A DNA stretch of 64,000 bases from Lachnospiraceae bacterium (GTDB taxonomy: Bacteria > Bacillota > Clostridia > Lachnospirales > Lachnospiraceae), in contig CAVIJT010000004.1 in assembly GCA_963643465.1 (NCBI GenBank), forward strand, positions 94,705 to 158,704. The letters are read 5' to 3'. Numbering within the stretch: position 1 is the stretch's first letter; each line of letters starts with the position of its first letter. This document shows, piece by piece, positions 48,168 through 58,263 of this stretch. Position numbers and translations under genes: made by a program. Under the pieces are notes generated by a model. It saw nothing but the letters and a program-made list of their open reading frames with translations, did no database searches and had not been told where the DNA came from.

Positions 48168-48686
48168 ATGCTGAAAATAGTAGGTAGTATGTTGGTGATT
48201 TTTGGCTGTGCTGCCATGGGATTTTATATGGTAGAACGAATGAAAAAGCATATTGGGGAATTGGAACAGGTAAAAAAACAGCTTATGTTTATGGAGGGAG
48301 AAATTCGAGTGGGATTTCGTCCGGTAAAAGACATTTTTGCTCAGTTGGAGCAAAGAACTGCAGGCAATTGGAAAGCATTTTATGCTTTTGTACAAAGAAA
48401 TATAGAGAAGGACACACAAAAATCTTTAGATAGTATATGGCGTGAGGCTATTAGAGAAACACTAAAAAATTCCCTGTTAAATCAAAACGAAAAAAGGGCA
48501 TGGCAAGAGCTTGGGGAAAATCTCGGATATTTAGATAAAGAGATGCAAATTGCACTATTACACATTTGCGAAGAACATTTTGAAGAGTATCGATTACAGG
48601 CAGAGGAACATATGAAAGGAAATGCAAAAATATATCAGACGTTGGGTATAATGGGAGGCATTTTTCTTACCATTATCTTTGTATAA
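48168..48686 (+). CDS. spoIIIAB: Stage III sporulation protein AB
   Basis: 172 aa with N- and C-terminal TM helices. Assignment rests on its position in the operon. Confidence 0.8.
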   Translation: MLKIVGSMLVIFGCAAMGFYMVERMKKHIGELEQVKKQLMFMEGEIRVGFRPVKDIFAQLEQRTAGNWKAFYAFVQRNIEKDTQKSLDSIWREAIRETLKNSLLNQNEKRAWQELGENLGYLDKEMQIALLHICEEHFEEYRLQAEEHMKGNAKIYQTLGIMGGIFLTIIFV

Positions 48687-48710
48687 AAAAAGCAGGAGGA
48701 GAAACCGGTT

Positions 48711-48905
48711 ATGAGTATCAATTTGTTGTTTAAAATAGCTGCGGTAGGAATATTGGTCTCAGTGCTGGGACAGGTTTTAAAGCATGCAGGAAGGGAGGAA
48801 CAGGCATTTTTAACCAGTCTTGCAGGATTGCTTTTGGTGCTGTTTTGGATTGTACCATACATATCGGAGCTGTTTGAAACCATTAAGAATTTGTTTTCTC
48901 TGTAG
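48711..48905 (+). CDS. spoIIIAC: Stage III sporulation protein AC
   Basis: 64 aa two-TM protein, MSINLLFKIAAVGILVSVLGQVLKHAGREEQAFL. GGAGGAG RBS. Confidence 0.85.
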   Translation: MSINLLFKIAAVGILVSVLGQVLKHAGREEQAFLTSLAGLLLVLFWIVPYISELFETIKNLFSL

Positions 48906-48917
48906 GGAGTGAGAGCC

Positions 48918-49298
48918 ATGATAAAAATTGCAATTTTAGGGGTAGTTGTGGCGTTAATTGCCCTGCCATTTAAGGTAATCAAGGGAGAATATAGCCTGTA
49001 TATCGGTTTGGCAGGCTGTATCATGATTTTTCTATTTGTTGTGGGAAAACTAGAACAAGTGATTCGGATGATGGAAGAAATCAGTAGTTTACTTCCTATT
49101 GAGGGAGAGTATATAAAATTGCTTATTAAAATGATTGGAATTACCTACATCACTGAATTTAGCCAAGATATTTGCAGAGATGCCGGTTTTGGAGCTGTTG
49201 CAAACCAGATTGGAGTTGCAGGAAAAATCACGCTGTTAGTGTTAGGGCTTCCGGTTATTCAATCGCTACTTTCCTGTCTTTCCCAGTTTGGAGGTTAA
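48918..49298 (+). CDS. spoIIIAD: Stage III sporulation protein AD
   Basis: About 126 aa polytopic protein with the ITEFSQDICRDAG motif. Confidence 0.85.
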   Translation: MIKIAILGVVVALIALPFKVIKGEYSLYIGLAGCIMIFLFVVGKLEQVIRMMEEISSLLPIEGEYIKLLIKMIGITYITEFSQDICRDAGFGAVANQIGVAGKITLLVLGLPVIQSLLSCLSQFGG

Positions 49299-49299
49299 A

Positions 49300-50448
49300 G
49301 TGAAAAAGGCGTTGACATTTTTGTTCATTGGCTTATTTTTTGTGTTTGTAGGACTTCCGGTGGAACAAATCTATGCAGAAAGTACAGAGGAAGATTTGTT
49401 GGTGGAAGAATTTTTGGATGAAGATGAGATAAAAGAATTGCAACAGATGTTGGAGGAACAATTGCCAAATACATCCTTTTCTATGATGGGATATATCAAG
49501 CAATTGATTTCAGGGGAGGAGCCGTTTTCTATTACTGATGTGGGAAATACAATAAAAGAGGCAATCGTAGAAGAGTTTATGGCAAATACTAATTTATGGA
49601 AACAGTGTTTTTTTATTGCGCTGATTGCTGCGTTTTTTTCTAATTTTGCAATGATGTTTCAAAATAAACAAGTAGGAGAAACGGGGTATTATATAGGGGT
49701 TTTGTTGTTGTTTTCGCTTCTGGCAACTGCTTTTGTAGGCGTGTTTTCGGTGGCAGAGCAGATGCTGGCTATGGTTGTTACCTTTATGAAAATGTTATTA
49801 CCAGTTTACTTTATGCTGACAGCGGCATCTAGTGGACAAGGTGTGGCATCCGGAGGGTATCAGTTAGCATTGATGGTAGTCGCGTTAGTGAATTTCATTA
49901 TAAAGGCAGTTCTCTTGCCTGTAGTGAAAATTTATTTTTTTACCGTTCTTATTAATCAGTTATCAAAAGAGGACAAGTTCAGTAAATTTTTAGAATTGTT
50001 GGAAACTGGCATTCGTTGGACACTAAAGGCACTTTTAGGACTGGTGACTGGTCTGAATGCAGTGGAAGGTTTGTTGCTACCTACGATCCAAAAAGTAAAA
50101 CAGAATGCGTTGTTAAAAACAGGAGAAGCCATTCCTGTTGTGGGGGATTTGTTTTCGGGAGTGACGGAAACGGTTTTGAGTGTAATCAGCTTGCTTCGAA
50201 ATGCAGTTGGAGTGGCAGGGGTGGTCGCTATGCTGTTGTTATGCTTTATTCCCCTTGTAAAACTATTGGTATATGCCATTGTGTTTCGTGTAGAGGCAGC
50301 ATTGTTACAACCTATGGGAGGGGGACAAATGTGCGAGTGTATGACTGGGGTGTCGAAAACAGCAGGTTTCTTGTTATATTTAGAATTTGTTAGTATGTTG
50401 CTGTTTGGGATTACAATTTTAATCTTGTCGTTTTCTCTGGGAGGTTGA
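49300..50448 (+). CDS. spoIIIAE: Stage III sporulation protein AE
   Basis: Signal peptide plus a polytopic membrane domain. About 380 aa. GTG start after TGGAGG. Confidence 0.85.
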   Translation: MKKALTFLFIGLFFVFVGLPVEQIYAESTEEDLLVEEFLDEDEIKELQQMLEEQLPNTSFSMMGYIKQLISGEEPFSITDVGNTIKEAIVEEFMANTNLWKQCFFIALIAAFFSNFAMMFQNKQVGETGYYIGVLLLFSLLATAFVGVFSVAEQMLAMVVTFMKMLLPVYFMLTAASSGQGVASGGYQLALMVVALVNFIIKAVLLPVVKIYFFTVLINQLSKEDKFSKFLELLETGIRWTLKALLGLVTGLNAVEGLLLPTIQKVKQNALLKTGEAIPVVGDLFSGVTETVLSVISLLRNAVGVAGVVAMLLLCFIPLVKLLVYAIVFRVEAALLQPMGGGQMCECMTGVSKTAGFLLYLEFVSMLLFGITILILSFSLGG

Positions 50449-50451
50449 AAG

Positions 50452-50814
50452 ATGGAGCAAATTATGGGAATGCTAAAGCAGCTGGCTTGTTTGTTACTGC
50501 TATTTAGTTTGTTGGAACAATTGATTTGTGATTCCAAAATGCAGAGATATTTGCGTTTTTTTGCCGGGATTTTATTATGTGTGTCCGTATTACAGAGTGT
50601 GGGAAATTTGCTTTCAGTGGACTGGTTTGAAGGGCTTGCCTTTTCTGTAGAGGATGCAGGGGAATATGAAGATGAGTTTTTAGAATGGGAGGAAAAGCGA
50701 GAAGAACAGATTGACCATATATATGACAATCAGGAACAAGTAGAAAACAACTCGGATATTGCAGAGGACAACCAGATACAGATTGATTCAATACAATGGG
50801 AGGAGGAGCCGTGA
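50452..50814 (+). CDS. spoIIIAF: Stage III sporulation protein AF
   Basis: 120 aa with two N-terminal TM helices. Assignment rests on its position in the operon. Confidence 0.75.
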   Translation: MEQIMGMLKQLACLLLLFSLLEQLICDSKMQRYLRFFAGILLCVSVLQSVGNLLSVDWFEGLAFSVEDAGEYEDEFLEWEEKREEQIDHIYDNQEQVENNSDIAEDNQIQIDSIQWEEEP

Positions 50815-51380
50815 AAGATAGAAAAGAGTGGATTATAAAATTAAAAGAAATCGGCATATTAAGATTAGGACTAATGATTATTGCAGGAATTATGCTTTTG
50901 GCATTATCCATTCCTCAAAAAGATACAACAGAAAAAAAGGAAGAAAAAGCGGTACAGAGTGTAAATGAAACAGATGAATTAGAAGTTTACATAGAAAATA
51001 TGGAAGAAAGACTGACAAAGGTATTAGAACAGGTTGAGGGAATAGGCAGTGTTCAAGTTATGATTACAGCAAAATCTTCCAAAGAGCAGATTGTGCTAAA
51101 AGATACGCCCTATAGCCGAACAGATACAGAAGAAACAGATAGTCAGGGAGGTACTAGAGAAAGTACACAAATAGATAGTCAGGAAAGTACCGTATTAGAA
51201 GAGCAGGAGGATGGCAGCAAAAATCCATATATTACCATGGAGATGCAGCCAGAAATCGAGGGAGTGCTTATAATAGCTAAGGGAGCAGGGGATAGTAAAA
51301 TAGTTGCAGAAATAAATGAGGCAGTTACTGCATTATTTTCAGTTCCTTCACATAAAATAAAAGTAATGAAAATGAAATAA
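50811..51380 (+). CDS. spoIIIAG: Stage III sporulation protein AG
   Basis: One TM segment plus a C-terminal ring-forming domain (VEGIGSVQVMIT ... PEIEGVLIIAKGAGD ... VPSHKIKVM). GTG overlaps the AF stop codon. Confidence 0.85.
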   Translation: MKDRKEWIIKLKEIGILRLGLMIIAGIMLLALSIPQKDTTEKKEEKAVQSVNETDELEVYIENMEERLTKVLEQVEGIGSVQVMITAKSSKEQIVLKDTPYSRTDTEETDSQGGTRESTQIDSQESTVLEEQEDGSKNPYITMEMQPEIEGVLIIAKGAGDSKIVAEINEAVTALFSVPSHKIKVMKMK

Positions 51381-51414
51381 TTATGTATCACAAGATACGG
51401 AAATGGAGGCTGCA

Positions 51415-52101
51415 ATGAAAAAAGTATGGAGACGCAATCAACTGATTATCACTGCGCTTGTAATTTTAGTTGGTGTAGCAGGATATTTAAACTTCACGGA
51501 GAAATCTGTTTCGGAGACCCTTGATTGGGCTGCAAATGCAGAGGTGGAGGAAACGGCAAGTGTGGATGTTATGGAAACTGTAGAAGAGGAAGTTACAGAA
51601 GAGGCAAAGGATATAGAAGCAACAGAAACAGCAGAACAGGAAGAAGCATCTACAGAGGAAGAATTAACGGAAGAAGAGTTAGCAGAAGTAGAAACTACAT
51701 CTGAATCAGAGGAAGAAAATGTAGGAGAAGCTGTGCTTACCAATGCAAAAACCAGTGATGTGTTCTATTCCATTAAATTGGAAAGAGAGCAGACAAGAGC
51801 TGAAAACAAAGAAATGCTTACAGAAATTTTGAATAATACAAATGCCACAGAAGATCAGAAAAACGATGCCATTAACTCTATTATGGAGATGGCAGACAAT
51901 GCAGAAAAAGAAAATGCAGCAGAAACCTTGCTGACGGCAAAAGGTTTTTCGGGAGCAGTAGTAAGCATTACAGATGATAGTGTAGACGTGGTAATCAATC
52001 AGACAGAATTAAGCGATCAGGAAGTGGTGCAGATTGAGGATATTGTTGCCAGAAAAACAGGTGTATCTATGGAAAAAATTGTAATTAGCACCAATCAGTA
52101 A
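51415..52101 (+). CDS. spoIIIAH: Stage III sporulation protein AH
   Basis: N-terminal TM segment, acidic linker, and a C-terminal SpoIIIAH/YscJ-like domain (FYSIKLEREQTRAENKEML ... LLTAKGFSGAVVSI). Confidence 0.85.
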   Translation: MKKVWRRNQLIITALVILVGVAGYLNFTEKSVSETLDWAANAEVEETASVDVMETVEEEVTEEAKDIEATETAEQEEASTEEELTEEELAEVETTSESEEENVGEAVLTNAKTSDVFYSIKLEREQTRAENKEMLTEILNNTNATEDQKNDAINSIMEMADNAEKENAAETLLTAKGFSGAVVSITDDSVDVVINQTELSDQEVVQIEDIVARKTGVSMEKIVISTNQ

Positions 52102-52185
52102 AGGGAAGTCTTACATACCTTTGATGAATGTAAGAAAATACGGACAAAAATCCAAAGAAAGATTGCAAAAGATTGTATAAAAAAA

Positions 52186-52213
52186 TTGCAAAAATCAATA
52201 AGTTTGATATAAT
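52186..52213 (+). promoter_or_regulatory. Candidate sigma-A promoter for asp23-nusB
   Basis: TTGCAA (52186-52191), 16 nt spacer, TATAAT (52208-52213), with TGa extended -10. Confidence 0.55.
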
Positions 52214-52250
52214 AGAATATATGTGCAAAAGGAAATAGGAGGTGTCGGAA

Positions 52251-52628
52251 GTGGCAAAAGATATGGAGAGAGTTGGGACCTATAATTTGTTAGATGAAGG
52301 CAGTATTGGTGAGATTCAGATTGCAGATGAGGTAGTAGCGATTATTGCAGGACTTGCAGCAACAGAAGTGGAAGGGGTTTCTTCTATGGCAGGCAATATA
52401 ACAAACGAGTTAGTTGGAAGGCTTGGAATGAAGAATCTTGCAAAAGGTGTGAAAGTGGATATTACCTCGGAAGCAGTTGTAGTGGATATGGCACTAAATA
52501 TGGAATACGGATTTAATATTCCGAAGACCTCTGAGGAAGTACAGGAAAGAGTAAAGACAGCAATTGAGAATATGACAGGATTACATGTAGCGGAAGTAAA
52601 TGTTCGAATTGCAGGAGTTGCAATTTAG
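52251..52628 (+). CDS. Asp23/Gls24-family envelope stress protein (YqhY-like)
   Basis: IADEVVAIIAGLAATEVEGV and AEVNVRIAGV motifs. It sits between spoIIIAH and nusB, as yqhY does in B. subtilis. Confidence 0.85.
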   Translation: MAKDMERVGTYNLLDEGSIGEIQIADEVVAIIAGLAATEVEGVSSMAGNITNELVGRLGMKNLAKGVKVDITSEAVVVDMALNMEYGFNIPKTSEEVQERVKTAIENMTGLHVAEVNVRIAGVAI

Positions 52629-52656
52629 AAATGTTAAGATAGGAGTTAAGCCGAAG

Positions 52657-53070
52657 ATGACACGTAGAGAATGCAGAGAACATTTGATGATAATGCTTTT
52701 TCAACGGGAGTTTCATAACGTTGAGGAATTACCGGAACAAGTGGATTATTATTTAGACAACATTATTGCACCTAAGAGTGATGATGTTGCATATATTAGA
52801 AACAAATATGAAAAAGCATCCGAATATATAGGCGAGATTGATACAATGTTAGAAGAGGTATCTGAGGGCTGGAAAGTGAAACGTATGGGAAAAGTCGATT
52901 TATCCATCATGCGCCTTGCAGTCTATGAGATGAAGTATGATGAAGAGATACCTGTTCGAGTAGCAATCAATGAGGCTGTAGAGATTGCAAAAAAATATGG
53001 GCAGGACAATTCGCCATCCTTTGTAAATGGAATTTTGGCAAAAGTGGCTGAGTTGATGGCAAAAGGTTGA
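52657..53070 (+). CDS. nusB: Transcription antitermination factor NusB
   Basis: MTRRECREHLMIMLFQ start and AINEAVEIAKKYGQDNSPSFVNGIL motif. Confidence 0.9.
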   Translation: MTRRECREHLMIMLFQREFHNVEELPEQVDYYLDNIIAPKSDDVAYIRNKYEKASEYIGEIDTMLEEVSEGWKVKRMGKVDLSIMRLAVYEMKYDEEIPVRVAINEAVEIAKKYGQDNSPSFVNGILAKVAELMAKG

Positions 53071-53108
53071 AGGTAATTCAACCTTTTTCTGCAATAAGGG
53101 TGTAATTT

Positions 53109-54317
53109 ATGAGAGAGAAAGCATATTGGGTATCAGAGATTAATCGATATATTAAGCATGTATTTGATGAGGATTTTGCACTGGGTAGAATTTATATAAA
53201 AGGAGAGGTGTCAAATTGTAAGTATCATTCTTCTGGACATATTTATTTTACGTTGAAGGATAACCAGAGTCAGTTGGCATGTGTGATGTTTGCATCCAGT
53301 CGCAATGGCTTGGATTTTCAGCTTGAGGAAGGGCAATCTGTAGTTGTTTTTGGAAATATTACTGTGTATGAGCGTGATGGGAAATATCAGTTATATGCCA
53401 AAGAGATTAAGTTAGATGGAGCTGGAGTTCTTTATGAGAAGTATATAAAACTAAAGACAGAATTAGAGGAAGAGGGTTTGTTTGCGCCAGAATATAAGCA
53501 GCCAATTCCAGCTTTTGCAAAGAAAGTGGGAGTGGTAACTGCAATTACTGGAGCGGCGATTCACGATATTCAAAATATTTCCACTAGACGAAATCCATAT
53601 ATTCAGTTGGTGTTATACCCTGCACAAGTACAGGGGCAGGGAGCGGCAGAAACCATTGTTCGCGGAATTGAAGTTTTGGATCAAATGGATTTAGATGTGA
53701 TTATTGTAGGAAGAGGCGGTGGTTCCATTGAAGATTTGTGGGCATTTAACGAAGAGATAGTAGCTCGCGCTATTTTTGAGAGCCAAACACCTATTATTTC
53801 AGCAGTGGGGCATGAGACGGATGTAACTATTGCTGATTTTGTGGCAGATCTTAGGGCGCCGACTCCATCTGCGGCAGCAGAACTGGCAGTGGCAGATATT
53901 CGGGAAGTGTTTGCCAAATTAAAAGAGTATGAAGAGTTGATGACGCAGAAGATGAATTGGAAAATAGCAGGATACCGAAATCTTTTGGAACAGAAAAAAC
54001 TCCGGTTAGAATATGCGAATCCATTAAGTCAATTGCAGCAAAAACGACAAAGACTTATGGATATAGAGGACAAGTTAGAAAGAGGAATTAGTGGAAAATT
54101 GGAACGAAAAAAATATCGTCTTGCTATTTTGGCAGAACGATTAGAAGGTATGTCTCCTCTTAAAAAATTAAGTCAGGGATACGCATTTTTGACGGATGAA
54201 CAAAGAAAGCCAATTAAATCTGTGAAAAAAGTAAAAAAGGGGCAAAAACTGCTGATTTCTGTAACCGATGGCGATATTGTTGCAACGGCGGATGATACGC
54301 AGGAGCGTTCACGATGA
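53109..54317 (+). CDS. xseA: Exodeoxyribonuclease VII large subunit
   Basis: OB-fold N-terminus (IYIKGEVSNCKYHSSGHIYFTLKD) and IIVGRGGGSIEDLWAFN motif. Confidence 0.95.
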   Translation: MREKAYWVSEINRYIKHVFDEDFALGRIYIKGEVSNCKYHSSGHIYFTLKDNQSQLACVMFASSRNGLDFQLEEGQSVVVFGNITVYERDGKYQLYAKEIKLDGAGVLYEKYIKLKTELEEEGLFAPEYKQPIPAFAKKVGVVTAITGAAIHDIQNISTRRNPYIQLVLYPAQVQGQGAAETIVRGIEVLDQMDLDVIIVGRGGGSIEDLWAFNEEIVARAIFESQTPIISAVGHETDVTIADFVADLRAPTPSAAAELAVADIREVFAKLKEYEELMTQKMNWKIAGYRNLLEQKKLRLEYANPLSQLQQKRQRLMDIEDKLERGISGKLERKKYRLAILAERLEGMSPLKKLSQGYAFLTDEQRKPIKSVKKVKKGQKLLISVTDGDIVATADDTQERSR

Positions 54318-54344
54318 CAAGGCAAATAGAACGGAGGAGTAAGG

Positions 54345-54539
54345 ATGGCAGGAAAGGCAAAGACATTAGAAGATTCTTTTGCAGAATTAGAAGAGATTCT
54401 TGAAAAATTAGAAGATGAAGAGGTTTCCCTTGAGGCATCTTTTAAATTATATCAGGAGGGAATGAAACTGGTGAAGAAGTGTAACCAGTCTATCGACAAA
54501 GTAGAGAAAGAATTGATTGTCATTTCGGAGGGACAGTAA
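54345..54539 (+). CDS. xseB: Exodeoxyribonuclease VII small subunit
   Basis: 64 aa, FEDSFAELEEILEKLE-type helix. It lies directly after xseA. Confidence 0.9.
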   Translation: MAGKAKTLEDSFAELEEILEKLEDEEVSLEASFKLYQEGMKLVKKCNQSIDKVEKELIVISEGQ

Positions 54540-54541
54540 GT

Positions 54542-55432
54542 ATGGAATTTAAAGAGGAATTAGAACAAAGGGTGTTATATATTGAGGATGTAATCAGTAA
54601 GTATCTTCCAAAAGAGGAAGGATTCCAAAAAACTGTGATTGAAGCAATGAATTACAGTGTGATGGCAGGGGGAAAGAGGGTTCGCCCTATGCTTATTTTA
54701 GAAAGTTTCCGTTTGCTTGGTGGAACAGATGAAAGTCAGGTACATCCATTTATGGCGGCGATGGAGATGATACACACCTATTCACTGGTGCATGACGATC
54801 TTCCAGCAATGGATGATGATGAATTGCGGCGAGGAAGAAAAACTACCCATGTGGTGTATGGAGAGGCAATGGGAATCCTGGCAGGAGATGCCCTACTAAA
54901 TTATGGGTATGAGATAGCAAGTGGTGCATTTTTCAATGGAGCTAATTTGGACAATGCAACCAGAGCATTTGCTATTCTGGCAAAAAAAGCAGGTATTTAT
55001 GGAATGGTTGGTGGACAGTCTGTAGACGTGGAAAATTGTGACAAACCAATGGAACAGGACAAGTTAAATTTTATATATGCTTTAAAGACCAGTGCGCTGA
55101 TAGAGGCTTCTATGATGATTGGAGCGACTATGGCGGGGGCGAATAAAGATCAAGTACGTGATATTCGAAAGGCAGCTCAGAGAATAGGATTGGCATTTCA
55201 GATTCAGGATGATATTTTGGATGTAATCGGAAATGAGGAGCAAATTGGAAAGCCGTTAAACAGTGACGATAAAAATCATAAAACTACCTATGTTACCTTG
55301 TTTGGTGTGGAGAAAGCCAAAGGGGAAGTAGAGAGACTATCCCATGAGGCAGTTATGTTGTTACGAAGTTTTCCACATCGAAACTTGTTTTTGGAGGATT
55401 TCATCAAGTATTTGATTTCCAGACAAAAATAG
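54542..55432 (+). CDS. ispA: (2E,6E)-farnesyl diphosphate synthase / polyprenyl synthetase
   Basis: First DDxxD motif (LVHDDLPAMDDDELRRG) and second motif (FQIQDDILD). Confidence 0.9.
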   Translation: MEFKEELEQRVLYIEDVISKYLPKEEGFQKTVIEAMNYSVMAGGKRVRPMLILESFRLLGGTDESQVHPFMAAMEMIHTYSLVHDDLPAMDDDELRRGRKTTHVVYGEAMGILAGDALLNYGYEIASGAFFNGANLDNATRAFAILAKKAGIYGMVGGQSVDVENCDKPMEQDKLNFIYALKTSALIEASMMIGATMAGANKDQVRDIRKAAQRIGLAFQIQDDILDVIGNEEQIGKPLNSDDKNHKTTYVTLFGVEKAKGEVERLSHEAVMLLRSFPHRNLFLEDFIKYLISRQK

Positions 55433-55493
55433 TGATAATATAACGGATTAGTAGGTTATGGCTAAAAGTACAGAGAAGAATGGAGGCGCAATC

Positions 55494-57359
55494 ATGCCAC
55501 AAATATTAGACAGAATACAAAAAGCCAATGACATAAAAAAAATCCCAAAGGAAGATTATGAAAGACTGGCTCGTGAAATTAGAGAGTTTTTATTGGAAAA
55601 AGTCAGTGAACATGGAGGCCATCTAGCATCCAATCTTGGGGTGGTAGAACTTACTATGGCATTGCATTTATTTATGGATTTTCCAGAAGATAAACTTGTG
55701 TGGGATGTAGGACATCAGGCGTATATTCATAAGATTTTAACAGGAAGAAAAGCGGGATTTGATACTTTGCGTGAACTGGATGGAATGAGTGGATTTCCAA
55801 AGACAAAAGAGAGTTCAGCAGATGCTTTTGATACGGGACATAGTTCCACTTCTATTTCAGCAGCACTTGGAATGGCGCGGGCGAGAGATTTGCTGAAAAA
55901 GCATAATAAGGTAGTTGCAGTAATTGGAGATGGAGCATTATCTGGTGGTATGGCATTTGAAGCCTTAAATAATGCAGCAAGACTAAAGACAAATATGATT
56001 GTAGTGCTAAACGATAACAATATGTCTATTTCAGAAAATGTAGGCGGTATGTCCTCGTATTTAGGAAAGCTTCGGACCGATGTAAGATACGGTCATTTTA
56101 AGACTGGAATGGAACATGCCATTATGAAGATGCCGCAAATTGGGGATGCGGTGATGGATCAAATGCGCAAAGTGAAAGAGTCTATCAAACGTTTGATGGT
56201 TCCCGGAATGTTGTTTGAAGATATGGGAATTACCTATTTAGGACCTATTGACGGACATGATGTAGAAGGAATTCTTTCTATGCTAAAACGGGCACAAATG
56301 GTGGATGGAACTGTTATTTTGCATGTAATTACAAAGAAGGGAAAGGGATATCGAATTGCAGAACGTTACCCTTCTCATTTCCATGGGGTAAACCCTTTTA
56401 ATATTGAAACTGGAAAGAGTAAGAGCAAAAAGAAAGTGCCATCCTATACAGACATTTTCAGTAAAAAATTGCTTTCTTTGGCAGAGAAAAATAAAAGGAT
56501 TACAACTATTACAGCAGCTATGCCAAGTGGAACCGGACTTCAGGCGTTTAAAGAGAAATATCCTGCAAGATTTACAGATGTGGGAATTGCAGAAGAACAT
56601 GCGGTGACTTATGCGGCAGGAATGGCGCAAGCGGGTATGATACCTATTGTAGCAATTTATTCTACGTTTCTTCAGCGGGCATATGATCAGATTTTACATG
56701 ATGTTTGTATTGGCAATTTACCAGTTGTATTTGCTTTGGATCGAGCTGGAATTGTAGGAAACGATGGAGAGACGCATCAGGGAATTTTTGATTTATCATT
56801 TCTTGGAAATATTCCAAATCTTACGATTATGGCACCCAAAAATGCTTGGGAATTAGAAGAGATGCTTGCCTTTGCGGTAGATTTTGGAAGACCAATTGCA
56901 ATACGATATCCAAGAGGAACTGCCTATATGGGATTGGAGCAATTTCATGATCCAATCGTATACGGACAAAGTGAAGTGCTTTATACCGGAAAGCGCGTAG
57001 CTTTGGTGGCTGTGGGAAGTATGGTAAAACATGCGGAAAAAGTACGAGAGTTACTTCTTGCAGAGGATATACAGGCAACGGTGATCAATGCTAGATTTGT
57101 AAAGCCATTAGATGAAAAGATAATCGAAGAATTGTCTTTCGAGCATGAGTTGATTGTTACCATGGAAGAGAATGTGGAACATGGCGGTTTCGGGCAAAGT
57201 GTGGCAAGTTTTATTTGTGATAGAAAGCTACCAATAAGGCATATTAACATATCTATTAAAGATATGTTTGTGGAACATGGTAAGGTTTATGAATTATATA
57301 ATAGACTGGGACTGGACCCAGAGAGCATATATGCAAAAATTATTGCAGAATTAGAGTAA
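55494..57359 (+). CDS. dxs: 1-deoxy-D-xylulose-5-phosphate synthase
   Basis: GHLASNLG, GHSSTSISAALG and IGDGALSGGMAFEALN (ThDP) motifs. ATG 55494 lies 7 nt after GGAGG. Confidence 0.95.
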   Translation: MPQILDRIQKANDIKKIPKEDYERLAREIREFLLEKVSEHGGHLASNLGVVELTMALHLFMDFPEDKLVWDVGHQAYIHKILTGRKAGFDTLRELDGMSGFPKTKESSADAFDTGHSSTSISAALGMARARDLLKKHNKVVAVIGDGALSGGMAFEALNNAARLKTNMIVVLNDNNMSISENVGGMSSYLGKLRTDVRYGHFKTGMEHAIMKMPQIGDAVMDQMRKVKESIKRLMVPGMLFEDMGITYLGPIDGHDVEGILSMLKRAQMVDGTVILHVITKKGKGYRIAERYPSHFHGVNPFNIETGKSKSKKKVPSYTDIFSKKLLSLAEKNKRITTITAAMPSGTGLQAFKEKYPARFTDVGIAEEHAVTYAAGMAQAGMIPIVAIYSTFLQRAYDQILHDVCIGNLPVVFALDRAGIVGNDGETHQGIFDLSFLGNIPNLTIMAPKNAWELEEMLAFAVDFGRPIAIRYPRGTAYMGLEQFHDPIVYGQSEVLYTGKRVALVAVGSMVKHAEKVRELLLAEDIQATVINARFVKPLDEKIIEELSFEHELIVTMEENVEHGGFGQSVASFICDRKLPIRHINISIKDMFVEHGKVYELYNRLGLDPESIYAKIIAELE

Positions 57360-57417
57360 TGATTTCCCTTGAGGGTAGATTGTTATGAATTAGAAGCAAA
57401 GTGAGGAAGATAACATT

Positions 57418-58242
57418 ATGAAGGAACCAAAGGAACGGTTGGATGTGCTGTTGGTAAAGCGTGGTTTGGCAGAATCCAGAGAAAAAGCAAAAGCTATTAT
57501 TATGTCTGGAAATGTATTTGTGGATGACCAACGAGAAGACAAAGCAGGAACACAGTTTCCAGAAAAAGTAAATATTGTAGTCAAAGGACAGCAGATGAAG
57601 TATGTAAGCCGCGGAGGATATAAGCTGGAGAAGGCAATTGAACAGTACGGTGTATCTGTAGAAGGAAAAGTATGTATGGATGTAGGCTCTTCTACTGGAG
57701 GCTTTACAGATTGTATGTTACAAAATGGAGCAACTAAAGTCTATGCGGTGGATGTGGGTACGAATCAGTTAGCGTGGAAACTTCGTCAGGATGAGCGTGT
57801 GGTGTCTATGGAAAAGACAAATATTCGCTATTTAGAGCCGGAGCAGATTGAGGATGCCATTGCGTTTGCGTCTATTGATGTGGCTTTTATTTCTCTTACT
57901 AAAGTGTTGGTGCCAGTACGCAATTTATTGACGGATAATGGTGAAGTTGTCTGTCTGATTAAGCCGCAATTTGAAGCTGGAAGAGAAAAAGTAGGCAAAA
58001 AAGGTGTGGTTCGAGATAAAAGTGTGCATTTGGAAGTAATTGAGATGGTAACGGAATATGCAAGACAAATCGGATTTTTGCCGTTAAAATTAGACTATTC
58101 TCCAATTAAGGGACCAGAAGGAAATATTGAATATTTGCTGCATATCAGAAAGACAGGAACAGAGCCTGTAACGGTAGAAGATGAGATTACAAAGGAACTG
58201 ATGAAGGAATGTGTAGAAAAATCCCATCAGTCTTTGAAATAG
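57418..58242 (+). CDS. tlyA: TlyA-family rRNA (cytidine-2'-O)-methyltransferase
   Basis: S4 domain (RLDVLLVKRGLAESREKAKAII), FtsJ-type SAM motif DVGSSTGGFTD. Confidence 0.9.
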   Translation: MKEPKERLDVLLVKRGLAESREKAKAIIMSGNVFVDDQREDKAGTQFPEKVNIVVKGQQMKYVSRGGYKLEKAIEQYGVSVEGKVCMDVGSSTGGFTDCMLQNGATKVYAVDVGTNQLAWKLRQDERVVSMEKTNIRYLEPEQIEDAIAFASIDVAFISLTKVLVPVRNLLTDNGEVVCLIKPQFEAGREKVGKKGVVRDKSVHLEVIEMVTEYARQIGFLPLKLDYSPIKGPEGNIEYLLHIRKTGTEPVTVEDEITKELMKECVEKSHQSLK

Positions 58243-58263
58243 AAATGTAGGTGAAAGGTGCGT

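Noticed and set aside
47895-48419. 174 aa minus-strand ORF, and similarly 49956-50729 (257 aa) and 50504-50911 (135 aa)
   Set aside because: They lie entirely antisense to well-supported spoIIIAA/AB/AE/AF/AG genes. Their composition is low-complexity or odd, with no RBS.
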